Assembly: GCA_035543455.1 (NCBI GenBank)
Contig: DATKKE010000037.1
Coordinates: forward strand, 11,532-75,531
Length of the DNA stretch: 64,000 bases
From: Methanoregulaceae archaeon
GTDB taxonomy: Archaea; Halobacteriota; Methanomicrobia; Methanomicrobiales; Methanospirillaceae
Direction of reading: 5' to 3'
The stretch's first letter is position 1. The number at the start of each line of letters is the position of its first letter. Below the pieces are notes generated by a model that had not been told where the DNA came from, searched no databases, and saw only the letters and a list, made by a program, of their open reading frames with translations. The position numbers were made by a program, and so were the translations under genes. Below, piece after piece: positions 41,601-49,846 of the stretch.

Positions 41601-43236
41601 TACCTTCAAGAATTATGGCGTTCCTTGACTTCTCATCAGAGAGGGCTTGTTCCATCTCTTTTCTCCCGGTAATGTCCCTGTTGCTTCCCCTGACCCCGAG
41701 ATACGTACCCGCTTCATCGAACACAGGCTGGCACATGTGCGATATCCAGCGTTCGGTCCCGTCCGGGCGGATGATCCTGAATTCGGCCCCTCCAGGCCTT
41801 TTTTCCTGTTCGTCGTCGATATGATGCTGATCGAGCGCGGCTATATCATCCGGATGAACAACCTTCCGCCGCAACTGCGAATCAGCGAGGAATTCGGTAT
41901 TTTCACGCCCATAAATCCGCTCGCATGAAGGGGAAGCATAAACGAACTGCCCTTCCGGATTGATCCAGAACTCGAAATCGTAGGTGTTATCTGCCACAAT
42001 GCGATAACGTGATTCGCTTTCTTTCAGGGCGGCTTCATTTTTTTTATTTTCCGTAATATCCCGGAAAATGATCAAAACTGCAGGCCCGTCGGTGTGTTCG
42101 ATGGCGGCGATCCGTGCCGAAACATCGAAATCGCTGTGATTTTGCCGGATTATTTTTATATCCCGTCCTTCCGGAGTGGATCCGTGTTCTGCCTCATGTA
42201 TGAGGCCTTGAAACATGATCCGATCATCCGGTGACACCAGCTCCAGGACCGGGTATGTGCTAAGATCGCTAAACGTCGGTATGCCGAACATACTGAGAGC
42301 TGCGTCGTTGGCAAAAAGGAACCGGTTATCACGAATAACGGTGATAGCGTCTGGAGCAGTATCAACGAGCACCTTGTAACTGGTCTCTGATTCTCCAAAA
42401 AACCTGGCAAGTTCGTCCGGGGTGGTTATCCCATTCCTGGTTGCACTTTTTTTGAGGGAGAGAGCTGCCAGGAGTATAAAACAAGCCCCAAGGTACTGGG
42501 CTGACCTGCCCAGCCACCCAAGGGGACTTCCAAGAACTGAAGGGAAGTGTACGGCAAGCAGGCCGATTGCGAGAAGTGCCAGGCCGACTGAATACCAGAA
42601 AAAAAAGTCCTGATTTTTCTTATGGTAGTAATAGTAACTGAGCCCCGATGCAATGGCAAAGAATTCGATTGCATTGAGAATAATTATTTCCCGGAGAATT
42701 GTGGGACTGCCCTGAACGTAAAAAGGTGGTGTAATACCTAAAATTGCTGCTATAATAAGTAACGCAACAAGAAATCCGGATAATCCATATAACAATGCCG
42801 GCTTTACAATTCCTGGTCCGGACCGGCTCCAAGTTGCTGTTACGCCCGAGACATTCAGGAGGATACCTGTCATCAGGAACAATGCACCGATGCAAAAACT
42901 GGTATTCTGTATGGTAACGCTCATATTCATCGGATTTTGTAAGAATCCGACAGCCCCGGCTCCAATCGCACCCAGACCTATTATTTCCATTCCCACAGCC
43001 ATGAGAAGTGTTCCGATCAGACCCCTGTGTTGGAAGGATTTAAAAGAAATAGCCGAGATATAGAGTGGAATCAGCCCCAGGAAAAGGAAATTAAACAGAA
43101 ACAGCAGTATGGGCGGGTTGAAGGAGGCACTGATATTGAGAACAAGAAGAACTGTTAAAAGACAGAGATACAGTGGGATTAAAAGGAGACTCATGGATTT
43201 TAGAAAACCAGAATTCATGCTTACCTCTTCTCTCAT
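38602..43236 (-). CDS. Membrane-bound multi-PAS sensor histidine kinase (HisKA_2 plus HATPase_c), 1544 aa
   Basis: About 8 TM helices sit at the N-terminus. There are eight PAS modules, each ending in a D[IVA]T[EDG]x[KRN] junction. The H-box is EIHHRVKNNLQLVSGLL. The ATPase motifs are NEILSNAYKHAF and DDGVGLP. Confidence 0.9.
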   Translation of the reverse strand: MREEVSMNSGFLKSMSLLLIPLYLCLLTVLLVLNISASFNPPILLFLFNFLFLGLIPLYISAISFKSFQHRGLIGTLLMAVGMEIIGLGAIGAGAVGFLQNPMNMSVTIQNTSFCIGALFLMTGILLNVSGVTATWSRSGPGIVKPALLYGLSGFLVALLIIAAILGITPPFYVQGSPTILREIIILNAIEFFAIASGLSYYYYHKKNQDFFFWYSVGLALLAIGLLAVHFPSVLGSPLGWLGRSAQYLGACFILLAALSLKKSATRNGITTPDELARFFGESETSYKVLVDTAPDAITVIRDNRFLFANDAALSMFGIPTFSDLSTYPVLELVSPDDRIMFQGLIHEAEHGSTPEGRDIKIIRQNHSDFDVSARIAAIEHTDGPAVLIIFRDITENKKNEAALKESESRYRIVADNTYDFEFWINPEGQFVYASPSCERIYGRENTEFLADSQLRRKVVHPDDIAALDQHHIDDEQEKRPGGAEFRIIRPDGTERWISHMCQPVFDEAGTYLGVRGSNRDITGRKEMEQALSDEKSRNAIILEGIADTFYSLDNQWRFTTVNPAAERAPFEKPAAELLGRVIWDLYPGIVGTPIYQHYLNAAENHTMEHYEAQSPLNRRWYEVFMQGWTGGVDVYMRDVTERKSAEEELREVRDNLEIQVRQRTSELEKAVRSLGTERRRLYGVLETLPVYVCLLDEDYHMPFANRYFRETFNEPHDRCCYDFLFNRTEPCEICETYTVMKTHAPHHWYWTGPNGRDYDIYDFPFIDTDGTFMILEMGIDITEQKKAEEEIKKANAYHRSLIEASLDPLVTINPDGTISDVNEATIKITGFPRQELIGTSFSNYFTEPAKAEAGYQKVFRDGSVTDYALELLHREGHVTPVLYNATVFRDETGTVTGIFAAARDVTERRKAEEALLIAHDLLEEQVGKGTSEISKINISLRNEIEERRRVEKVLRETSQYLENLINYANAPIVVWNPKFRITRFNQAFERLTGMTAQEVIGKTPEIFIPETYRPEAMDRIRKTSKGDRWEVVEIPILHKNGDIKTVLWNSATLYGEDGKTTIATIAQGQDITERKFAEEELRRSYSRTSTILESISDSFIALDKDWRFTYANRKAREYINKSTGEIVGKTIDEVFPTIRGTPLETFYRRAMVSREPLTFTNKSSIVKGRDFELHTYPMEDGLTIIGQDATERNQAEEALIRKENELRNTLSLLNSSLESTADGILVVDNAKKITSFNQNFLEMWKIPRETIESRGEPALVELLLTRVKNPSGFLESARELNEHHERESYDMVELKDGRIFERFSKPQKLGNSIVGRVWSYRDVTDRKRAEQSLIESLREKEILLREIHHRVKNNLQLVSGLLDMTRMRTTDPVTHSILTDMMLKIQTMAQIHTRLYESKQFGRINIKEQIKDQISSLSNIYSSKGHDITCEINSEDIVVPVDQAIPCALVMNEILSNAYKHAFRGRRQGIISVMVNQNHNRIRIVVKDDGVGLPEGFDHSKTTSLGMKLIRTLMKQQLKGVFEIRSRNGTEVIIEFPLWTPEA

Positions 43237-44545
43237 GTCACGGATCTCCTCTTTTCAGATATTTTCCCAGTCAAAACATACCCCTTTTAATGAATTATTT
43301 TGGTCCATTTAAATATAGTGCTGAATAGGGAATATATAATAAAAAACTTTGATGATTTTAAAAATTTTTCTTTGTTTTATAGATTTTGAAAGATCTTTAC
43401 AATTAATTCTCTTTGAGCCCCGGACAGGTTGGGTACCTTGTATCTTGTTATCTGTTCTCTATCCGACGAAGCCATGAAATGATTCCTGCAAATGCAAGAA
43501 ATACTGATATCGACAGGTTATTACCCGGTTCATCTCCTGTTCTTCTGTGAGCATCATGGAAACCATTCCGACAGAGCAGATATCGTAATTGGGTAAACAT
43601 ATTGGTCCAGGAAACATTTTTTTTAGATGAGAGGACCTCAGGATGATCCCAGGGCAGGGTTTCCCGGTTAGTCCTGCCCATGCAATTTTTAACACGCTCT
43701 TTTCAAAATTCGGAAAATAACAAAAATTTTTTATGAAGGGGTTGTTATAACAATTCGCGTTCCGGGTACCGGTCGTCATCCATCTCATGTTATTCGCGGC
43801 TCACACACCAGCATCTTTCCCCCCCTGATGAAAATAAAGCCCGAACGAGGTACCGGGACACCATCAATGTATATCCGGTCCCGGGAGTCCTCTAATGTTA
43901 TCAATCAGGAGCCCGGTTTTTTTTGCAGAAAAGAGGATCAGCCGGGAAGTCTTCACCGAGCCGTATGACGCACCAGCAACTGTAAAAGTTTGTAACCTCG
44001 CAAATCCGGCATTCAGCCGCACATTCTCCCGTATCGATCGGAATGCGTCGCGGGATCGAAGGGGATATTCTGCCCGGATGTCGTTAATTGGCGTCTCTCT
44101 CACGTTAACGAGAAAAAATTCTTTCTTTTGGGTGAACTGACAGGGAAACCCTGGTTTCCGTGGGCATTAATATATTGATGATAGTACTGCCGGCCCCACA
44201 ACTCGGTGCAAAATCATCCGGCATCTTCAGGACATACGTCCCGTCAATGGCATCTCCCTTCCTCCGCCCAATGATAGAGAATACATCCTTGCGGAGCGTC
44301 GACAAGATAGAAATTCCGTATTGTACGGATTGGTATCCCTGGCGGAGCTATCAGACTAATCATTAACAAAGCGCGCTATGAGCCCTTTCTCTCATAGATG
44401 AGCATGAAAAAGAAAGGGTTATTGACTCCCTGTCTGACTTTTTCATACTAGCCGATATCCCGATATTCTGCATGGTGCGAGTTGCAAAAATTGTTTCACA
44501 TATTGTTAGTCATACAATTCGTTATAAATTTCAATCATCAATCAG

Positions 44546-45055
44546 GTGATGGTGAGTCCTTTGTCTTCCATGAGAAGCCCGGTAATCGGTAGAGAGTTCA
44601 GATATGATCCACAATGTGTGTTCGTCGAGGAAACGCAACGAAATTCCCCCCATGAACCAGGATCCCTGCATCATGATTATCTTAGTGAATCAACCCGCCT
44701 GATATTGAACGAGTTATATGAGAAGTGTGCAGGTGCGGGTCTGGAGGTCAGCCCCGATGAACTCAGGGAATTAGGCATATTTACCACATTTGTCTCATCC
44801 CGTGTGAAACCGAATGCAGGTATCAGTGTCTCCTGCATGGCCCTTTGGGCAGAATGGGTCAGATTTTTCCTTAAACATATGAATACCTTTCCAACCCTGA
44901 TTTACGAGGAAGAATTCAGGAACCTGATTGTCAGCCTGTTTGAATGTGGTATCGCGGACGATGAGAATTACGGGCCGGTTTATCCGGGGATAGAATTCAT
45001 TCCCGGACAAAACATTCCGATACATGTGACGGATAGTACCTTTGCGCGGGCATGA
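44546..45055 (+). CDS. Hypothetical protein (169 aa) in an AT-rich, gene-poor region
   Basis: This is the only substantial ORF between 43.2 and 45.4 kb. I could not securely recognise a family. Confidence 0.4.
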   Translation: MMVSPLSSMRSPVIGREFRYDPQCVFVEETQRNSPHEPGSLHHDYLSESTRLILNELYEKCAGAGLEVSPDELRELGIFTTFVSSRVKPNAGISVSCMALWAEWVRFFLKHMNTFPTLIYEEEFRNLIVSLFECGIADDENYGPVYPGIEFIPGQNIPIHVTDSTFARA

Positions 45056-45396
45056 GCATACCTGCATTCGCGGTACGATGCCGGATCTCATCAGGATCTA
45101 TTTTTATTCATCATGACTGGACCATAACTTGCATTGCGGGCAGGATGGCGTGACATATTTGACCTCCTGAATCTGGAATCAATTCCGTTACGATCAAGAA
45201 TGAAGATTTCGACCGATTACATGCATGAATTTTTCAAAATAATTGTTGGGAATTTTTTTTAATTAATACACAGTTGACTGTTATTATTTTGTTGTGATTT
45301 TAGTTGCGGAGAGCATCTTCTTAGAATAATTGTATAATACGTGATCAGGTCTCGCTGTCAGTAAATTTTGAAGTTCTCGGATATCTCATTTTTTTA

Positions 45397-46140
45397 TTAT
45401 TTGACCTTTTTTGACTTCTTCTTTGAAAGTTCACCATTAACCGGATCCGTGGGGAAGAACAATGATTCGTACGGGCGCTCGCCCATGATGGCCGATACCG
45501 TATCGGGCCTCACCCCGGTGGAAACAGCGGGTGAAATAAAACGGGTGAATTCTTTCACGAATGTTTCATGACTGACTCCTTCCCGTTCAAGGACATACAG
45601 CCATGGGCGGGTTACCGAGAGGACACCCATCAGTGTGATCATCAGGTACGTAGTTAACAGGAACGGGTTAAGGTCATTACGGATGGTCCCGTCATCAATC
45701 CCTTCACGAACGGCATCCTGCCAGAAGTCGCGGCTCATTGAGAATTCTTTCTGGATCTCATCGAAACCAGGATTTTCTTTGCTGAATCTCTCAACCCCGT
45801 AATACCTGATCAGTCGCTGGTAATCCGGGTGCTGGCGGGTGAACCTATAGTACGTCTCTTCCAGGAGAGCAATTTTTGTCACGCCGGGGACCTTTATTTC
45901 CCTGCATTCTCGGTACATTTCATTCAGAATGCGGATTCCCCGCAGTACAATGGTTGAAAAGAGGGCCTCCTTATTCTTGAAATAGAGGTAAATGGTCGCC
46001 TTGTTCAGTTCAGCGATAGTGGCGATCTCATCCATTGAAACGTCATCATATTCACGGGAAAAAAAAAGGGTCTCTGCTGCATCAATGATTTCTTTTTTCC
46101 GCTGTTCTTTCTCCCGTTTTTTCCGTTCAGTGATACCCAT
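45397..46140 (-). CDS. TetR/AcrR-family transcriptional regulator
   Basis: The N-terminal HTH is IIDAAETLFFSREYDDVSMDEIATIAELNKATIYLYFKNKEALF. Confidence 0.9.
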   Translation of the reverse strand: MGITERKKREKEQRKKEIIDAAETLFFSREYDDVSMDEIATIAELNKATIYLYFKNKEALFSTIVLRGIRILNEMYRECREIKVPGVTKIALLEETYYRFTRQHPDYQRLIRYYGVERFSKENPGFDEIQKEFSMSRDFWQDAVREGIDDGTIRNDLNPFLLTTYLMITLMGVLSVTRPWLYVLEREGVSHETFVKEFTRFISPAVSTGVRPDTVSAIMGERPYESLFFPTDPVNGELSKKKSKKVK

Positions 46141-46260
46141 GGCAGTAATTCCTCACATACAACTCTGAATTCTTTGTAACCTGATATGAGAAGTGTGTGA
46201 TCATATTTCCTTCCCGTGGGTTACGTTTCCAGGTCTGCCTGTTTCTTACCGGATCCTGAC

Positions 46261-47085
46261 TCATACAAAGAATTCCGGTTCCTTTCGCTCTTTATACAAC
46301 GTACTCACACGCAACGCAGCCTCCCTTACCAGGCCGGATTTTATCGTTCTCGCATGACTGGGGCAGTACTTGATACAGGCACAACACGTGATGCAGTATT
46401 CCGTGTCGATAACTCTGCTGTTTTCCGGATCGATGGCATCAACCGGACAAACTTCTGCGCAGGTCCCACACTGGACACAGGCATCGCTTACTGCAATAAA
46501 ATCAACATTCCAAAACTTCGAATCTCTCTGGTAAGGATGACACGGCTCTCCCCGGTAAGGATGACAGCCGGGTATAGGTACATCAGAGATTTGGTCAACT
46601 GAGGGGATTGTAATGAGTTTTTCCTGTATTTTTCGCCCAAATGATTCTGCATGGTGTAAGTCGTCTGCATCAGGACGATCTTGGGCCGTTGGAGTTTCGT
46701 CATTGGAAAATGAATGTTTCCCGATATAGGCCGCACCAGCGATTGGTTTACATCCACGTTGAGTCAGCGTATCTTTCAGTTCGATAAGAGCATCTTCATA
46801 CGCACGGTTACCGTAAACGACGACACAAACAGCCGGCGTATTATGTGCTTTAATCGCATCCAGCCATCCGGTGAAAAGTGCCGGCACTCTTCCCATGTAG
46901 ACCGGCACTCCGATGATGAGAAGGTCATCTTCCGATGTTTGTAATGATTGTCCCCTCCCTTCCGGTCTGGTAATATCTATCAATTCAACATTAGGTAGAT
47001 TAATTCCGCGTGCAATTCCCTGAACAACAGCTTTCGTTGTTCCTGTAGGTGAAAAATAAACCTGTTTAAGTGATTGTATTTCCAT
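46261..47085 (-). CDS. Flavodoxin-like domain fused to a 2x[4Fe-4S] ferredoxin domain
   Basis: GGAGG lies 8 nt upstream of ATG 47085; the longest ORF extends to 47127. The product has YFSPTGTTK and two CxxCxxCxxxCP motifs (CVQCGTCAEVCP, CITCCACIKYCP). Confidence 0.8.
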   Translation of the reverse strand: MEIQSLKQVYFSPTGTTKAVVQGIARGINLPNVELIDITRPEGRGQSLQTSEDDLLIIGVPVYMGRVPALFTGWLDAIKAHNTPAVCVVVYGNRAYEDALIELKDTLTQRGCKPIAGAAYIGKHSFSNDETPTAQDRPDADDLHHAESFGRKIQEKLITIPSVDQISDVPIPGCHPYRGEPCHPYQRDSKFWNVDFIAVSDACVQCGTCAEVCPVDAIDPENSRVIDTEYCITCCACIKYCPSHARTIKSGLVREAALRVSTLYKERKEPEFFV

Positions 47086-47265
47086 TAGGCTTCCTCCATT
47101 CGGGCTCCAGACCTTCTCCTGCTTCAATATTTCCCGAAAGATCGTCTCTTTCTGATCGAAGTCCTTCCAAAATCTCCGGGTTAGATATTCTCATCCTCGG
47201 TTCCATCGTTTTTTACTGCCATTTTTTACTAGTCATCCCTCTCATTATTGAACTTAAGTTATAAT

Positions 47266-47299
47266 ATAACTATTGGTTAATTTTACAACTAATAGTTAT
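47266..47299. promoter_or_regulatory. 13-bp inverted repeat (one mismatch): ATAACTATTGGTT-N8-AACTAATAGTTAT
   Basis: It lies in AT-rich DNA upstream of the flavodoxin/ferredoxin-TetR operon and is a candidate TetR operator. Confidence 0.35.
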
Positions 47300-47319
47300 T
47301 TTTAAAAAGGACTTTTTAA

Positions 47320-47700
47320 GATCAACGGAAAGTGCATTGCTCAGGTGGCTCCGCGAGAATTCTCCCGATTATATGAAGATTCGTGCCGAATTCGTTATTA
47401 GGAAACAATACCTTTTCGATGGCACAAGGAAACGGATGTCAAGGTGATGGATATCGGCCGTACCTCATATCTCCCGGTCAAGGTTGCTCCCGAGATCATC
47501 TCATAGCTCTGCGTTAAAAAACCCGATCCGCAGGGTATCAACGAGCTCGTCTCGGCGGCCATGCGGACCCTGGCCTTTGCCCACAAGGAAATTACAGGAG
47601 GAGATGACCGTGAATCCGATCTTATCCGGGACGGCTATGTAGGTATTCGCGATCCCCTCCGGGAAAACATTCCTGAATCGGTCAGGTTCGGTCCTGGTAG
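47320..47700 (+). pseudogene. Degraded internal fragment of a cation-transporting P-type ATPase (nucleotide-binding domain region)
   Basis: Three frames carry consecutive P-type ATPase hallmarks: STESALLRWL...YLFDGTRKRMSR, then a stop; then VKVAPEII, then a stop; then MRTLAFAHKEI...YVGIRDPLRENIPESV. The flanking N-terminal, TGD and TM regions are missing. Confidence 0.55.
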
Positions 47701-47801
47701 TGGATTTTGTGATACGTATCGGACATCATCGGTTCCAAAGACGTATCGAATCAGATCAGACTGCTTAATAAGGACAGCTGGAAAATCCTGTACTGATAAT
47801 C

Positions 47802-48023
47802 ATGATCACCGACCTCGGTCATATAGTGATTTTTGGTCTTCCTATCGCTCTTTATTTCGGGATTGCCACATTTATCTGTCTTCTCATAACGGTTACCATC
47901 GGTATTCTCCTGGTGAAGAGTGATTACAATATCCCCTTTGCCTGGCACCCGCGGATGGTTGCAATTACTATCGGTTTTGCACTGATCCATATAACCCTCG
48001 TTACATGGCAATATTTCTTCTGA
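47802..48023 (+). CDS. Possible small two-TM membrane protein (73 aa)
   Basis: The ORF encodes two clear hydrophobic helices. I found no ribosome-binding site and no family. Confidence 0.3.
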   Translation: MITDLGHIVIFGLPIALYFGIATFICLLITVTIGILLVKSDYNIPFAWHPRMVAITIGFALIHITLVTWQYFF

Positions 48024-48057
48024 ACATAATCGGGGTACTATAGTAAAAATGGAAAGG

Positions 48058-48459
48058 TCAGGTTACGGTAACAGTCCCTTTCATCGACGGATGAATGCTG
48101 CAGTGATAGGGGTAAGAACCTGGATTATCAAATTCAAAAGAATAACTTGCCCCTTTAGGTAAAGGATCGCTCGTGAACAGGGCACCCTGTACGATTGATC
48201 CCTGAGCGTCATTTATGACCTGATGGTCTGCCGGGTCCTGGTTTATCCAGGTTACCGTCGTACCCCTCGGTATGGTGATACTTGAGGGAATGAATGCAAA
48301 ATTCTGGATTGTAACGGTTGATCCTCCGGTTCCAGGGGTTTGCGTAACTACCGTTGTACCCGGTGGCTGGCTGTAACTGGTGCATCCGGCGATCATAATG
48401 ATGACAGAAAGGGTGGCGATCAATGCGACCCAGTGAATAGTCCTGAGAGGATACTTCAT
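48058..48459 (-). CDS. Cupredoxin (amicyanin/plastocyanin-like blue copper protein) lipoprotein
   Basis: GGAGTGAT lies upstream of ATG 48459. The lipobox is IMIAGCTS. The type-1 Cu loop is YHCSIHPSMKG (C-x2-H-x2-M), with an upstream His in PADHQV. Confidence 0.85.
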   Translation of the reverse strand: MKYPLRTIHWVALIATLSVIIMIAGCTSYSQPPGTTVVTQTPGTGGSTVTIQNFAFIPSSITIPRGTTVTWINQDPADHQVINDAQGSIVQGALFTSDPLPKGASYSFEFDNPGSYPYHCSIHPSMKGTVTVT

Positions 48460-48494
48460 TCGAATCACTCCAATCATCCAAGAGGGAAGGAGGG

Positions 48495-49412
48495 TCAGTA
48501 TCCCCCTCCCCCACCTCCTCCGCCACTATCTCCACTATTATAGTTTGAAGAGTTAGTGGTTAGTTTCATGGTCGGTATTATCGTTGTAGCAGTCGGCACA
48601 GGAGTTGCTGCAACCGGAACGATTCCGGATATGTTGGCAACATACCAGAGGTTATTGAATCCCTGCCCGTTTACGTTCCCAGGTCTCGTATCTCCGGAAT
48701 AGTAATACAAAGGTCTTCCCATGAATGCCGTCTGATTCATACCATCCGCCCTGGAGACGGAACTGAAATCCGCGACATTCAGGACCGAGGGAGCCGTCAC
48801 CGGGCTGGCACCGAAGGGCGGCCATGTTTTAGTGCAGTTACCTGTGCAGGCACTCTGTCCTGGCGTATCCTTGAGGAAATAATACAGGGTCTTCCCCGAT
48901 GTATCGGTCATGAAAAGACCAAGGCCTGAATTACGAGAAATGAGCACACTTTCGTCGGGCTTAATCACAAACCAGACTTTGAGGAAGTTCTCGCCAGTCA
49001 CGTCGCCAGGTTTTTTATCCCCGGCGTAATAGTAAAGGGGCCAGCCGTAGTACGTGGTCTGTTTTGAACCATCTGCACGGGTAATAGAGGAAAAGTCAGC
49101 TGGATCAAGTGGCGGAGATACCCTGATGGTGCTGACATTGAAGGGTGGCCAGAGACTTGCACACTGCCCGTTGCAGGCACTTGTCCCATTGGCGGCAACG
49201 TCATTTGCGAAGTAATACAGGGTTGTTCCCTGGACATCCACAATTATCGTTCCGAGTGCTGTATTGGCGGTCTTTACCGTGTCAGCCGGTTGAACAGTTG
49301 GTACCGGCGTGGGTTGCTGGGTCTGCTGCACGGGCTGGGATTGGGTACACCCGGCAATGAGAAGTGCAGAAACGACAACAGCAACGAGAATCATCATGGT
49401 TCCGGTTTTCAT
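48495..49412 (-). CDS. COG4315/Lipoprotein_15-type secreted repeat lipoprotein
   Basis: The lipobox is LLIAGCTQ. Two repeats have the pattern TLYYFxxDxxxxSAC(N/T)GxCxxxWPPF. The protein ends in a Gly8 tail. Its stop codon lies 35 nt upstream of the cupredoxin gene on the same strand. Confidence 0.8.
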   Translation of the reverse strand: MKTGTMMILVAVVVSALLIAGCTQSQPVQQTQQPTPVPTVQPADTVKTANTALGTIIVDVQGTTLYYFANDVAANGTSACNGQCASLWPPFNVSTIRVSPPLDPADFSSITRADGSKQTTYYGWPLYYYAGDKKPGDVTGENFLKVWFVIKPDESVLISRNSGLGLFMTDTSGKTLYYFLKDTPGQSACTGNCTKTWPPFGASPVTAPSVLNVADFSSVSRADGMNQTAFMGRPLYYYSGDTRPGNVNGQGFNNLWYVANISGIVPVAATPVPTATTIIPTMKLTTNSSNYNSGDSGGGGGGGGY

Positions 49413-49618
49413 CAGATTCACCCCATAATTACAGGGTGGTCTTTTAACGTTACCTTTATATATTTTTTTAGTTAGTTTCTTTCCCGTGAAAGGTATCTTT
49501 GTTTTTATCACAGGGTACCTGTATGTTCCCTGTGCCTTCATCCCGTAACATAAAGAAAAGAAGGAAAATAATTAATTTTATATAGCTCTAAAAAACAAAT
49601 GCCAGTTCGAGTAAGAAC

Positions 49619-49846
49619 GTGAGTACCTTGGAAAGAGAAGAAGCAATCAAATTATGCATCTGTAATATTTGCCCGACCTACGTGAATTGCAACGAATTAA
49701 TCGCGTTTTGCCTGGCGACGATCGGTACGAGCAAATGTATAACCAGGGAAAAGGGGTGTCTCTGCCCGGGATGCCCAGTCCATGACCGGGAGAATTTTAA
49801 ATATGTCTATTACTGCATCCGGGGAAGCGAAATCGAACAACACTGA
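49619..49846 (+). CDS. Cys-rich DUF2769-like small protein
   Basis: The 75-aa product contains CICNICPTYVNC...FC...CLCPGCPV...YYCIRG. Confidence 0.6.
   Translation: MSTLEREEAIKLCICNICPTYVNCNELIAFCLATIGTSKCITREKGCLCPGCPVHDRENFKYVYYCIRGSEIEQH

Noticed and set aside
43864-44305. Two abutting minus-strand ORFs that could be one frameshifted gene.
   Set aside because: I could not recognise any protein family in either half, so I did not call a pseudogene. I mention them only as part of the decayed-region finding.
47802-47830. IIMITD at the start of the small membrane ORF resembles the P-type ATPase MITGD motif.
   Set aside because: The downstream sequence is purely hydrophobic helices and not the ATPase P-domain. 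The match is a short hexapeptide, so I treated it as coincidence.
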